DNA of 64,000 nucleotides from an uncultured bacterium (GTDB lineage Bacteria; Bacillota_I; Bacilli_A; RFN20; CAG-826): NCBI GenBank assembly GCA_949291375.1, contig CASEVI010000003.1, positions 14,224 to 78,223 of the forward strand, read 5' to 3'. Shown piece by piece: positions 1 to 9,662 of this stretch (position 1 is its first letter; each line of letters starts with the position of its first letter). The notes under the pieces were generated by a model. It saw only the letters and a program-made list of their open reading frames with translations, ran no database searches and was not told where the DNA came from. The position numbers and the translations under genes were made by a program.

Positions 1-3000
1 AATCTTGTAAAAGATTTTCAAAAGACACTGAAACTTTATTCTTTAAAAGAACATCATCAATTTGTAATCTTTCTCCAAGTTCAATTCTTCTATCAAAAAT
101 TTGTTTTCCATAATCATTGATTAAATTTAAACCTTTAAAACTTAACATTTCATCTTTGCTCATTATTGATGGTTTAGATTTAATTGCATTGTATGGGTCA
201 TAAATTAAAGTTGCTGAAAAGCCATTAGTGTTGGTTTGAGTTTGTTCAATAATTTTAAATTTAGCTTGTTTAAGTTTTGTTAGTGTTGGATCATTTTCAA
301 CGCCGACACTAATTCTAATAGCAACACCACTACCACCATCTGACAAATGATTATCTGCAAAAGATTTTAATGCGTCGATAAAATTTGCCTCATTAGTAAA
401 GGCGAAGTTAGTAATTATAATATTGTTATTGCCAATTTTTGCTTTTCCATAATAAGGAATATATGAAATATCGCCAACTCTTGTATCTCCTTTTGTTAAT
501 GTGCGATATTCAAGACCAGCATATCCCAAATAATTTTCTGTCATTCTAAATTGCAAATTACTAGCATTAGAAGTTAAAACACTTGCTCTAAATTGTTCTT
601 TAGAAATTTTAGCAACCGAATAATTATTAACTTCATCAAAAACAACTTTTTTGCCAACTTTATTATTAGTTTCTTTTGGTAAAGAAATTTCTTTTGTTTT
701 TTCTTCAGCTAATAAAATTCTTCTCTTTTCATTTAATTCGTTAGCAATTCCATTTAGACCTCTTTTATAAGTAATTTTCTTTCCATTGTCGATTGCTTTT
801 TCAGTTCCTCTATAAGTTTCGTTGAAGTTTTTAATTGCTTCAGTTAAACCTTTTGCATTAAATGGGTTTGTATTATTATCACTTCTTGCGTCTTGCAAAA
901 TAACATCTAATGCACTAGAAATGTTTGCTAAAGGAACAGCAAAGTCTTTATTTGCCTTTTGAATTTCATCAACATATTTCTTTAATTCTTCTTTAGAGAA
1001 ATCTTTTCTTTTTATTAAGTCTTTATATTTATTTTCTGTTTCATTATAAAGTTTTGATAATTTCCCATCAGATTTAATATAGTCGGTTAAATCATAAATT
1101 GCGTTTTGAATATAATTGATTTCATCACTTGTTAAATTCTTTAAATCTAAATTTTCAACATAACTTCTAAAATCAGTTGCATATTTATCGAAGTCTTGAA
1201 GTGATGAATTTTCGTCTAATAGTTTTAATTCAATTTTATTATCTGTTTCTTGTAATATATTACTATTTTCTACAAACGATAATTGATATTGTTGTGCCTC
1301 ATCATATTGGTCTTTGTTAAAATGTTCTAATTTTACATTTTCATCTGTATTTACCATAAAAGCGACTTCTGGATTATTAAAACTCTTGGCTATATTATGG
1401 TGATCATATTCCATATTATATTCCATTAAAGAAGCAACTTTAAACCCTAAAACTTTGTTGTAATATTTTGCTAAATAACCATAACAATCAAGATGTGTTG
1501 CTCCATTTTCTTTTACATAATCACTTATTGCTTCAACAAAGCCCCTTTTATTAACATCAGCATTGAAAACACTAATTAAGTTTCCGTTTTTTTCAATAGC
1601 AAAACCTTGAAGTCCATCATCACTTAAAAAGCATTTTGTTCCTTCATAATTATCGTGTAAATCAACCAATTCATTTTGTTTAATATATGGTTTTATTGTT
1701 TCGAATGCGTCATGAAATAATGTAGGACTTACATTATTTGTAATTTTAAACTCTCCACCTTTGGAAGATTTTAAAGTCCTAAAATTATAGGAAGTGCTAT
1801 TTCTTCCACTTCCCAATTCTTGTTGTATGCTTCTTGTATATCTTTCTCGTATTGAGCTATCCAAGTCTTGATAAGTGGTTCTTCCACGTTCGAATTTCTT
1901 AAGTAATTTTCTACTTTGTTCGTGTAATCTTCTAAAGTCATCATTAATATTTTCCCCTTTATTAATTGAATTATCAATACCAACTTTCGCTCTTATTTCA
2001 TCAAATAATTGTTTAAATTTTCCTTTTGATTTTTCGCTTAAACTATCAATATCAGTTCCATATGTTTGTTTAAAAACATCTTCGGTTCCATTAATAAGAG
2101 CATCAATGTTTTCTTTTGTTGCATTATTAATTAAATTTTCTCTATATTTGCCAATAAAATCATCAACTTCTGCATCAATATCAGCGTCAATATTTTCATT
2201 AACGCCATAATTATCCATATCATCGACTGAATAATTATAAACTGCTTCGCCATTAGCGATTTGATTTGCTGTTGAAGTTTCTAAAATTCGATTAATTTCT
2301 CCACGAGAAAAATAATCTTTACTATTTAAGAAAGTTTTAGAAAATACATTTGTTTTTTTAGCGATAGATTTAAGTTCTTTATTAAACTCTCTATCAAACA
2401 TTGCTCTCTTTAAATTTTCTTTATTAAAGATATTTCTAATTAAATTAACATCGCTATTTCTAATTGTTTCATTTTCAACATAGTAAGCCAAAACTTCTTG
2501 CTTATATAAGTTATCGATTTGCTCTTGCGATAAATTAGTTTTGTTTTCAATATATTTTTGGACAGAGTTTTGTGCTTGTCTTTGAATATCTTCACTTAAT
2601 AAACCACGATTTGTAAAATCATTATATAAACTATCTAACGATTCTTGACCAACAGTATTAAATAATGAGTGTGTTAATTCGTGTTTTAAATAAGGTTCAA
2701 AGTTATTTTTTAAAGATGATTTAATTTCAATATGACCTGTGTTTTCATTATATCTAGCATTAACATCTAAATTATCAACGAAATCTACGGTAGGCATTTT
2801 ACCAAACGCATTGAAGTAATTTGTTGTATATTCTTTAACTTTTGTTTGGATATAATCTTGCTTTTCTAGAGAATTATTAGTGATGTTATCAAGTGCTTTA
2901 TTAAAATCATCAGCAGTTTTTAAAGTTGAAACATCAGTGAAATATTGAAGAAGTTTCTTTTGTTCGGTTGTATTACCTTTTAATTTTTCAGCACTATTAA

Positions 3001-4351
3001 CTAAACTATTTGTAAATCTTTCAAGTCGTTTTTCGCTACTAGCAATTCTCTTTGCATATCTTTCTTTTGATTTTTGAGTAGTTGCATTATCGTATTTATA
3101 TTGAAGTTCTGAAAGGTTATTCTTTTCATCAATAACATAGCCAAGATTACTTTTATAAGCATAGCCATTCTTGCCTAATTTAACTCTATCGGCAATAATA
3201 TCGCCACCACCTAAAACAAGAGCAGATAAGCCACCCATAACAAAAGATTCGGTTAAGTTTGGAATTAATGTTGATAAGTTATAACTTTCTTGTAAATGCT
3301 TTCCAACTGCCTCTGCACTTTCGTTATTTTTATATGTAAGTTCTAGAAATGGGGAAACTGCTTCACTTATTACTTCTTCTGTTCCTTCTTCGACAAATGC
3401 TCTTGCTAAATCTCTTATAACGCTACCACTTGAAACTCTACCAACAACACCATTAACAGCAGAGCCTGGAATAATGTATTCGGTTGCTCCTTCAACAAGA
3501 CCGCTTAAAATACCATATAAAAGACCTTCGCCAAGTGTATTGTTTTCATCTTCGTTTAAAACTTGCTCTACACCTTGTCCAGAAGCCGATAAAGACATAG
3601 CACCAACTGATACTGCTTTTGCAATTTGTGTTGCTGTTTTTCCACCAGTCAAGAGTTTACTTCCTAAACCTAATGCTTGTGTTGCGCCAGTTGCAGAAGT
3701 TGAGGCACCCATTGTAGCAATGCCTAAAATAATGGTAGGAAGTTGATTGCCTATTGTTTGAGAAAATTCATTATATTTTTGGTGGAAGTCATCTCCTAAT
3801 AATCCGACATAAGAATTATCATATAGTTGTTGTTGATATTCTTCTGCTGTTTGTTCCCATAAAGCATTTCCATATTCTTCTTCCCAGTTTCCATTAATCG
3901 AGGTTTCAATTAAATTGATAGGATCTAAATATCTTGAAACCCTATCAAGTCCAGCAGAAGCGTCCATTGACCAATCTTTTTTAATAAAATCAGTTGCCCA
4001 ACTATCATCAGCACCAAACCAAGAGCCTATAGTTCCAGCAACACCAACTAATGTATCTCCTATTCCTTCAAAAAAATCGAAAACGCCATTAGCAACATTA
4101 TAATTAAGTTCGTGTAATGTATCGCTAAATGATTTTGTATTGTTAGTTTCAGTTGAAGAAATACCACTATCAGTATTCAAATTCATTGGTGTTTCAACTT
4201 CAGTGTCTAAATTATAATCGTTAGCTTGTGTTTTACTGCTATCGAAAATATCAGTGTTTAGATCAGCACCAAGAATTAAATTGTTATACTCTCTCTCAAA
4301 TCTATTTTGTGCAAGTCTATTTAATAAATATTCTGTCCTTTTGTTAGCCAT
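1..4351 (-). CDS. giant virion-associated multidomain protein (>=1450 aa in window; C-terminus beyond window start)
   Basis: My own minus-strand translation from the ATG at 4351..4349 (AAAGG 6 nt upstream) is stop-free down to position 1 and reads protein-like throughout (MANKRTEYLLNRLAQNRF...). It is absent from the ORF track because it has no in-window stop. It has Gly/Ala-rich hydrophobic stretches like tape-measure cores (LGIATMGASTSATGATQALGLGSKLLTGG) and an HExxH motif (HELTHSLFN). The plus-strand ORFs at 1771-4103 are antisense artefacts. Confidence 0.6.
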   Translation of the reverse strand, partial: MANKRTEYLLNRLAQNRFEREYNNLILGADLNTDIFDSSKTQANDYNLDTEVETPMNLNTDSGISSTETNNTKSFSDTLHELNYNVANGVFDFFEGIGDTLVGVAGTIGSWFGADDSWATDFIKKDWSMDASAGLDRVSRYLDPINLIETSINGNWEEEYGNALWEQTAEEYQQQLYDNSYVGLLGDDFHQKYNEFSQTIGNQLPTIILGIATMGASTSATGATQALGLGSKLLTGGKTATQIAKAVSVGAMSLSASGQGVEQVLNEDENNTLGEGLLYGILSGLVEGATEYIIPGSAVNGVVGRVSSGSVIRDLARAFVEEGTEEVISEAVSPFLELTYKNNESAEAVGKHLQESYNLSTLIPNLTESFVMGGLSALVLGGGDIIADRVKLGKNGYAYKSNLGYVIDEKNNLSELQYKYDNATTQKSKERYAKRIASSEKRLERFTNSLVNSAEKLKGNTTEQKKLLQYFTDVSTLKTADDFNKALDNITNNSLEKQDYIQTKVKEYTTNYFNAFGKMPTVDFVDNLDVNARYNENTGHIEIKSSLKNNFEPYLKHELTHSLFNTVGQESLDSLYNDFTNRGLLSEDIQRQAQNSVQKYIENKTNLSQEQIDNLYKQEVLAYYVENETIRNSDVNLIRNIFNKENLKRAMFDREFNKELKSIAKKTNVFSKTFLNSKDYFSRGEINRILETSTANQIANGEAVYNYSVDDMDNYGVNENIDADIDAEVDDFIGKYRENLINNATKENIDALINGTEDVFKQTYGTDIDSLSEKSKGKFKQLFDEIRAKVGIDNSINKGENINDDFRRLHEQSRKLLKKFERGRTTYQDLDSSIRERYTRSIQQELGSGRNSTSYNFRTLKSSKGGEFKITNNVSPTLFHDAFETIKPYIKQNELVDLHDNYEGTKCFLSDDGLQGFAIEKNGNLISVFNADVNKRGFVEAISDYVKENGATHLDCYGYLAKYYNKVLGFKVASLMEYNMEYDHHNIAKSFNNPEVAFMVNTDENVKLEHFNKDQYDEAQQYQLSFVENSNILQETDNKIELKLLDENSSLQDFDKYATDFRSYVENLDLKNLTSDEINYIQNAIYDLTDYIKSDGKLSKLYNETENKYKDLIKRKDFSKEELKKYVDEIQKANKDFAVPLANISSALDVILQDARSDNNTNPFNAKGLTEAIKNFNETYRGTEKAIDNGKKITYKRGLNGIANELNEKRRILLAEEKTKEISLPKETNNKVGKKVVFDEVNNYSVAKISKEQFRASVLTSNASNLQFRMTENYLGYAGLEYRTLTKGDTRVGDISYIPYYGKAKIGNNNIIITNFAFTNEANFIDALKSFADNHLSDGGSGVAIRISVGVENDPTLTKLKQAKFKIIEQTQTNTNGFSATLIYDPYNAIKSKPSIMSKDEMLSFKGLNLINDYGKQIFDRRIELGERLQIDDVLLKNKVSVSFENLLQD

Positions 4352-4431
4352 ATATACCTTTGCATTAATACAAAAAGTAGAAAAAATCAAGAGGTTAAAA
4401 TATAATAAAAAAAGCCAAAGGAGTTTTATCT

Positions 4432-4608
4432 ATGGCGAATTTTTATGGCTCGTCCTATTGTTGCTCTTTAAAAGATTATTTAATAAGATTTATGTTTTCT
4501 AAAAAGAGGCGAAAACCTCCGAAAATAAAAAATAAGTTTGAAATGGTTATAACTGTCTTGACCATAATCAAACTTATAATAGAAATCATAATTATTTTAA
4601 TCAAATAA
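4432..4608 (+). CDS. small protein (59 aa) with a hydrophobic C-terminal helix (MVITVLTIIKLIIEIIIILIK)
   Basis: ATG at 4432 preceded by AAAGGAG at 8 nt spacing; internal in-frame ATG at 4543 could yield a 21-aa hydrophobic peptide; below the ORF-track length cutoff. Confidence 0.3.
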   Translation: MANFYGSSYCCSLKDYLIRFMFSKKRRKPPKIKNKFEMVITVLTIIKLIIEIIIILIK

Positions 4609-4896
4609 TCTGATAAAGTCAATAATAGGCTCCGAGCCTAGAAATAAATAAAAACTTTAACTATAATAAAAAAGTCGGAGGTATTACCCAACGACTATTT
4701 TTAAAGGCTTGTCCTACTTGATAGGTTATTTATATTTGAAAGTTGGTTTCAACGAAGAGGAAAAAGCCTCATAAATTTAAAAAAGATAACTTGGAAATCT
4801 TTAAAATGTTTTTAGAGATAATCCTTGTTATCCTAGAAATCATCTTAATTATATTTAAATAACTATTGAAATTCAAGTAGGCTCCGAGCCTAGAAA
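4501..4896 (+). repeat. two tandem homologous cassettes: GAGG..CCTC hairpin, A-rich tract, tiny hydrophobic ORF, 15-bp palindrome TAGGCTCCGAGCCTA
   Basis: Hairpins at 4507-4522 and 4758-4771; palindrome copies at 4626-4642 and 4878-4894; about 75% identity over about 75 bp before each palindrome. Confidence 0.55.
4806..4862 (+). CDS. 18-aa hydrophobic peptide MFLEIILVILEIILIIFK (paralog of the C-terminus of the 4432 ORF)
   Basis: Sits in the second copy of a duplicated cassette; nucleotide similarity between 4575-4608 and 4827-4862; no clear SD. Confidence 0.2.
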   Translation: MFLEIILVILEIILIIFK

Positions 4897-4904
4897 GGAA
4901 ATTT

Positions 4905-5330
4905 ATGAAGAAACTATTTTTAATTCCAATTATTGCTTTGAGTTTGGTGAGTTGTGGGGAAACAAAAAGTTTTGTAAAAAACACTTCTTTATCTAGTGAA
5001 AATAATATTGCAATTTTTAATGATTATCCGTTTCAAGATAAAAAAGGGGACGCTTATTTCAGCGAATTTCAATTTTTGTTTTTAGATAACGATAAAAGTC
5101 AACTGACTTACAACTTTTTATTTGCTTCCTTAACTTTAACGCCATCTATTGAAATATATCAATACGAACAAAAATACACTTTTAACTATACCGATTATAT
5201 AATTGATGAAGAAAATGTAGTGCATTTTTATGGCAATGATATTCCGTATGGTTTTACTTTTGAATATTTAACCGAAGAAAGTATTGCGATAAATATTTTA
5301 ACTGAAAGAATTGTATTAAATACATTTTAA
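4905..5330 (+). CDS. lipoprotein (moron, opposite strand to late genes)
   Basis: Signal peptide and lipobox MKKLFLIPIIALSLVSC; RBS AAAGGAAA; own terminator; convergent with the structural operon. Confidence 0.75.
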   Translation: MKKLFLIPIIALSLVSCGETKSFVKNTSLSSENNIAIFNDYPFQDKKGDAYFSEFQFLFLDNDKSQLTYNFLFASLTLTPSIEIYQYEQKYTFNYTDYIIDEENVVHFYGNDIPYGFTFEYLTEESIAINILTERIVLNTF

Positions 5331-5362
5331 AACCACTCATTACGAGTGGTTTTATTTTATTT
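5331..5362. terminator. bidirectional rho-independent terminator
   Basis: AAACCACTC-attac-GAGTGGTTT followed by a T-run, between convergent genes. Confidence 0.75.
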
Positions 5363-6661
5363 CCAAGTTCTGTTTTTGGCGTTATATTTAACTTTATTTC
5401 CTGTAAATTCATCGTAGAATCTTTTTGAAATGGTGATATAACCTTGACCTGGAATGTAAGCGATATAAACAGTTCCAGAAATTCCTTGAACTTCAATAAC
5501 GGTATCTCTATTCTTTAAAGCACTAGAAGAAGTTTGAGTTGCATTGCTCAAATCTTCAAATACATGTTCGCCAAGTATTTCTTCTCCTGCTTGAGTTGAG
5601 GAAATATACTGACCATTTTCATTATAATAATGACCTATTGGTAGTCTTCCACTTGTAAATATATGAACTTCGTTACTTGTTCCAAAAGCATTTGGATTAT
5701 TCTTTAAAACCTCTTCAAAAGTTGTCCCATTATCAACTTCTTCCCCATTCAATATAGCATAATATCTTTGTTCAAGCATTGTTTTCTGGTCGTTTGTTAA
5801 GCCACTAATTCCATCAAAATTAACTTTTCCATCGGTAATTGTTGCACCGATTTGAGTTAAATAATTATTTAATTTCTCATCGCTAGTATGTGCTGTTTCC
5901 ATATTATTCAAAATTGAATTGTATAAATCATCATTAGCGACGTCCTCTTCTAATAGTGAATTTTCATAATCTTCTCTGTCCCATTCGTTCTTTTGGTTGA
6001 GTTGATTGTAATAGTTATTCAATTCTGCTAAATACTCATCTCTTGCATTGCTTGAAAGTCTATCAAGATAACTTAAATACATTTCATCATAATTCTTCTG
6101 TGCGTCTAACATTGAACTTTGATAAGATTGCTCAATTTCGGCATTTCTATCAGCATAGGCACTTCTATTTTGACCTAATGCATTAAGATAAGCATTTTGT
6201 TGCCTTGAATAATTTGTCGAGCCATAACCTTGCGAACCATAGCCCATTGCAGTCATTGCTGTATTAGTATGCGATAAAGCAGTATCACGAGCATTTGATA
6301 AAGCAACATTTGATCTTAATAAATCAGTATAAGAAGAATGCTTTAAACTTTCTTTTAATTCATCAAGATAAGTTTGCTGATTATCTTTTGAATTTTGAAG
6401 ATACTCAAGATATTGTTTTTCGTAAGTATCATTATACGTTGGTCTAGTTAGATTTTCGTAAGGATTAGTGTAAGTGTTTGTAGTAGTTGTTCCACTATCT
6501 ATTAATGAACCACCACTACCTTCATCTACGCTATTTGCTTTAATACCATTACCACCAATAGTTGGTTGTTTTACTTTTGTCGTTGGGGTAGTAGTTTTAT
6601 TACCACCCCCACCACCATTATTTTGTTTAAATTCAAATGAATATCTATTATTTATTGCCAT
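5357..6661 (-). CDS. hypothetical structural protein (434 aa, N/Q/S/T-rich, N-terminal Gly5)
   Basis: Long ORF at the distal end of the late operon. Confidence 0.6.
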   Translation of the reverse strand: MAINNRYSFEFKQNNGGGGGNKTTTPTTKVKQPTIGGNGIKANSVDEGSGGSLIDSGTTTTNTYTNPYENLTRPTYNDTYEKQYLEYLQNSKDNQQTYLDELKESLKHSSYTDLLRSNVALSNARDTALSHTNTAMTAMGYGSQGYGSTNYSRQQNAYLNALGQNRSAYADRNAEIEQSYQSSMLDAQKNYDEMYLSYLDRLSSNARDEYLAELNNYYNQLNQKNEWDREDYENSLLEEDVANDDLYNSILNNMETAHTSDEKLNNYLTQIGATITDGKVNFDGISGLTNDQKTMLEQRYYAILNGEEVDNGTTFEEVLKNNPNAFGTSNEVHIFTSGRLPIGHYYNENGQYISSTQAGEEILGEHVFEDLSNATQTSSSALKNRDTVIEVQGISGTVYIAYIPGQGYITISKRFYDEFTGNKVKYNAKNRTWK

Positions 6662-6674
6662 ATTTTATTGCTCC

Positions 6675-8468
6675 TTAACTATAATCATCTGTAAATGTTC
6701 CAACACTTGTTGAAACTGAACAAGTAAATCCAGTTCCAGGATCAAAAATGAATTTACTATTTCCACTAAATGTTTTACTGCTATTTGCACTTATTGTTGC
6801 AGGAAGACCACTAATTGTAATACCACAGCCACTATCTATAGAATTTACGGTTATTGAACTACTTGTATTATTTTTAACAACAACCCTAAATGTATAACCA
6901 TTTAAACTTGTAGGCGAGCCACTTAATGACGCCGTTATTTCTGCTTTTGGAGTTCCAGTTCCACCACTTGAAGGAACATAATTAAATGAATATGTATCAC
7001 TATCAGTATAACCACTAGCTTCAAAATGAATTGTTGCAGTATTTGTCATGCCATTAGTTCCATTGAAATTAAAGTCTTTTGATGAGTTTGCTCCAATTGT
7101 CCCCATATTAGTTGAACCATTGTATAAAGTAACGGTTACACTATTAGCGTTCTTAACTGTATATACGCAATAACCATCGCCAGTTGCTTTTAGAGAAGCT
7201 GAAGGTTTGCCTAATTTTACTGGTGTTGGTTCTTCATCTTCTTCATACATAATTTGAATTGTTTTATCGCTAGTCATTAAGAAATCAGATGAAGGTTGAT
7301 AACTTACTACATGATAGCCACTAATTGAAATTTTGTAGGAAGTTGGGTAAACCCTTGTGCCTTCTTCAATCGTATAAGTTCTAGTTGTGTATAAATTTGA
7401 AGTTGACCCTTTAAAATGTTTAACAGTTAAGGTATAGACAGTAGTTGGTTCAACACTTTCATACCACAATTCAAGAGTTGCACCAGAATAAGCATTAAAA
7501 TCTTTTGATGGGCTACTTGATTTGAATTCACATAATGATTGTGGTTTATATTTATTTGTAAGAGTAGAAATATCAACTAATTCGCCTTCTTCATATTCAT
7601 CAGTATATGTTTGAGCTTTTACATTATCTAAATAAGTAATAATAGTAATTGAAACTTTCTTTGGTTCTGGAATAGTTCCTTCTTCATATCTTCTTGAATA
7701 GCTTTTACCTCTAAATGAAGTCTTTAATGTAATTCCCCAATATTCTTGCTCATCATTAAAAGACCATTCGTTTGTTCTGCCACTTGAATTTTTACTAATT
7801 GTCCCACTATAAGAAATTGAACTTTTTTGTGTTGCAGTATAATAAACTTCGCCATTACTAGAAGTAAGAGTTAATTCTTCAAATGGTGCATTGCTATTAA
7901 TTGAAATTCTTAAATAGCCGTTAGTCATACCACCACTAACATTATTTGACGCACTTACACTTACATAATCAAATGGGTCATATTCTTCTTGTTTTTCGTA
8001 ATAATAAATAATTGCAGAATTTGCATAAATTGGAAAAGCAGTTTGAATACTTTGATCAATAAAATCATATCCTTCAATATCTAAACGATAATTGTCTGGT
8101 GAGATTATTCTACCTTTTGTAAATTGATGTGTGTCGGTTAATGAACTATCTAAAACATTATCTTTATAGTAGTAGCAAGTAAGATTATATTTTTCTTGAA
8201 CAGTTGGCTCGACATATTCAACAACAGCACTGACCGTGTTAATTCCTTCGACTAAAATGAACCTATTAGAAGTGATTTTTACACCGTTGACTGTGTAATA
8301 TGAAATAACATAATTCTCTTCAACTGATGAAGAAATTGTGACTGTCTCTCCAACGAAACCACTTTGCTTATTACAACTTATGGTTGCGTGTTCTGGATTA
8401 GTAATTTTAACTGTGCCAGTTTTTACATCACTGGCAATAAATGTTGGTTTCCCGTATAAATTTGGCAT
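6675..8468 (-). CDS. putative receptor-binding / distal tail protein (597 aa, S/T/G-rich, beta-rich)
   Basis: Composition and position downstream of the fibre gene. Confidence 0.55.
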   Translation of the reverse strand: MPNLYGKPTFIASDVKTGTVKITNPEHATISCNKQSGFVGETVTISSSVEENYVISYYTVNGVKITSNRFILVEGINTVSAVVEYVEPTVQEKYNLTCYYYKDNVLDSSLTDTHQFTKGRIISPDNYRLDIEGYDFIDQSIQTAFPIYANSAIIYYYEKQEEYDPFDYVSVSASNNVSGGMTNGYLRISINSNAPFEELTLTSSNGEVYYTATQKSSISYSGTISKNSSGRTNEWSFNDEQEYWGITLKTSFRGKSYSRRYEEGTIPEPKKVSITIITYLDNVKAQTYTDEYEEGELVDISTLTNKYKPQSLCEFKSSSPSKDFNAYSGATLELWYESVEPTTVYTLTVKHFKGSTSNLYTTRTYTIEEGTRVYPTSYKISISGYHVVSYQPSSDFLMTSDKTIQIMYEEDEEPTPVKLGKPSASLKATGDGYCVYTVKNANSVTVTLYNGSTNMGTIGANSSKDFNFNGTNGMTNTATIHFEASGYTDSDTYSFNYVPSSGGTGTPKAEITASLSGSPTSLNGYTFRVVVKNNTSSSITVNSIDSGCGITISGLPATISANSSKTFSGNSKFIFDPGTGFTCSVSTSVGTFTDDYS

Positions 8469-8556
8469 TATAAAAAAGTATCCTTGATTTTCTATTAATA
8501 CAAAATTAAGAAAAATGCAAGATATAAAAAAAGTTTATTTACAAAAATAAATAAAC

Positions 8557-8904
8557 TTATGAATAATAATTTTCTAGAGATATTGCTATATTTGCCTTTA
8601 AAATTTTATTTAAAGTCCAAGTTTTTGATTTTCCAGAACCAATAATAAATTGTTCATTTAATGAACCATCTGACAAAACAATTTTTCCTAAACAATTACT
8701 TCTGTCTGATAGATTTTGTATCGTAATTGTTTTAATGAAACTACACCCAGTAATTTTATCACCTTCACTATTTAAAACTTTTTCACATGTTGATATCGAT
8801 TGCGGAGAGTTATAAATAATAGTTGCTTGACCTTCACTTGTTCTCGAATCTTGTGTAAAGGTAATTGTATATCCCCCCCCCGTTAATATTTTGATGTATT
8901 TCAT
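8557..8904 (-). CDS. small paralog family member P1 (MKYIKILTGGG..., 115 aa), in-frame ON with G9
   Basis: The coding strand carries a G9 tract (plus-strand C9 at 8873-8881) encoding Gly-Gly-Gly at codons 9-11. Confidence 0.7.
   Translation of the reverse strand: MKYIKILTGGGYTITFTQDSRTSEGQATIIYNSPQSISTCEKVLNSEGDKITGCSFIKTITIQNLSDRSNCLGKIVLSDGSLNEQFIIGSGKSKTWTLNKILKANIAISLENYYS
8873..8881 (-). repeat. homopolymeric G9 tract (coding strand) in P1
   Basis: Nine consecutive C on the plus strand in a roughly 27% GC genome. Confidence 0.9.
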
Positions 8905-8919
8905 TGCTTCAATCTCCTT

Positions 8920-9252
8920 TTATGATATTGTTAATGTTAAACCAGAAGTTAATTCTTTTTCGACTGAAAAAACATCTGTTGCATTTGGATTAATCTTTTT
9001 TGCTTCATTATAACTACCATCTGAAAGTTGAACTCTAAAAGTATCTGAATAACCATTTTTATTTTTAATCCAAACGCTTTGAATAGTCCCACCTTGAATT
9101 GATGAACTTCCATTTGACGGCAAAGTTAAAGATTTGGTTCCTGCTTCATAAGGGATATGATAAGTAACTTCGACTTCTGCTGAAGAACCTGCATTATTTT
9201 GAATATTTAAAGTATAAATAGTTGAATCTACAAGTATTCTTTTATATTTCAT
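8920..9252 (-). CDS. small paralog family member P2 (MKYKRILVD..., 110 aa)
   Basis: Shares start motif, length and the LSDGS(L/Y)NE motif with P1; RBS GAGG. Confidence 0.7.
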   Translation of the reverse strand: MKYKRILVDSTIYTLNIQNNAGSSAEVEVTYHIPYEAGTKSLTLPSNGSSSIQGGTIQSVWIKNKNGYSDTFRVQLSDGSYNEAKKINPNATDVFSVEKELTSGLTLTIS

Positions 9253-9274
9253 TTTTTTCCTCTAATACCTTGAT

Positions 9275-9292
9275 TATATATATATATATATA
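9275..9292. repeat. (TA)9 dinucleotide repeat in the divergent promoter region between P2 and P3
   Basis: tatatatatatatatata ending in TATAAT, 9 nt before the P3 ATG. Confidence 0.9.
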
Positions 9293-9301
9293 ATGTAAAG
9301 T

Positions 9302-9649
9302 ATGAATTATAATAAATTAAGTGGAAAAAAGACAATAAATAACCATTTTATTAGATTTACTTGGCATTATAGTGGTGAAAATTATGACGGTGAAACTATA
9401 ACACATTTAGTTCTTGAAAGAGATACACCATTAAACCAAAATGAATTTTTTTATAATATGCCATATTACCAAAAAATGAGTGTAAATGGCTATATAAATA
9501 AAGAAGGAACGACCTATGATGTTTTTGCTATTTATAGAAATAGTGATACAACACGGTATTTATACTATCAAGATGGCTCAGCGCTAAAATATATTACTGT
9601 TAATTTTATCGATATTCTTCAGTTTTCAGATGCAATTATCAATTATTAA
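9302..9649 (+). CDS. small paralog family member P3 (MNYNKLSGKK..., 115 aa)
   Basis: ORF in track; same start motif as the family. Confidence 0.65.
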   Translation: MNYNKLSGKKTINNHFIRFTWHYSGENYDGETITHLVLERDTPLNQNEFFYNMPYYQKMSVNGYINKEGTTYDVFAIYRNSDTTRYLYYQDGSALKYITVNFIDILQFSDAIINY

Positions 9650-9662
9650 GGAGATTTAATTT

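Noticed and set aside
1771-4103. Plus-strand ORFs (70, 111, 90 and 62 aa) listed in the six-frame track
   Set aside because: They lie antisense to a continuous stop-free minus-strand ORF (1-4351) with protein-like translation, and have low-complexity S/L/F-rich composition typical of antisense artefacts in AT-rich DNA.
4254-4502. Track ORF 4254..4502 (+, 82 aa)
   Set aside because: It overlaps the start region of the minus-strand giant gene and has no RBS. The RBS-led 4432..4608 frame is more plausible.
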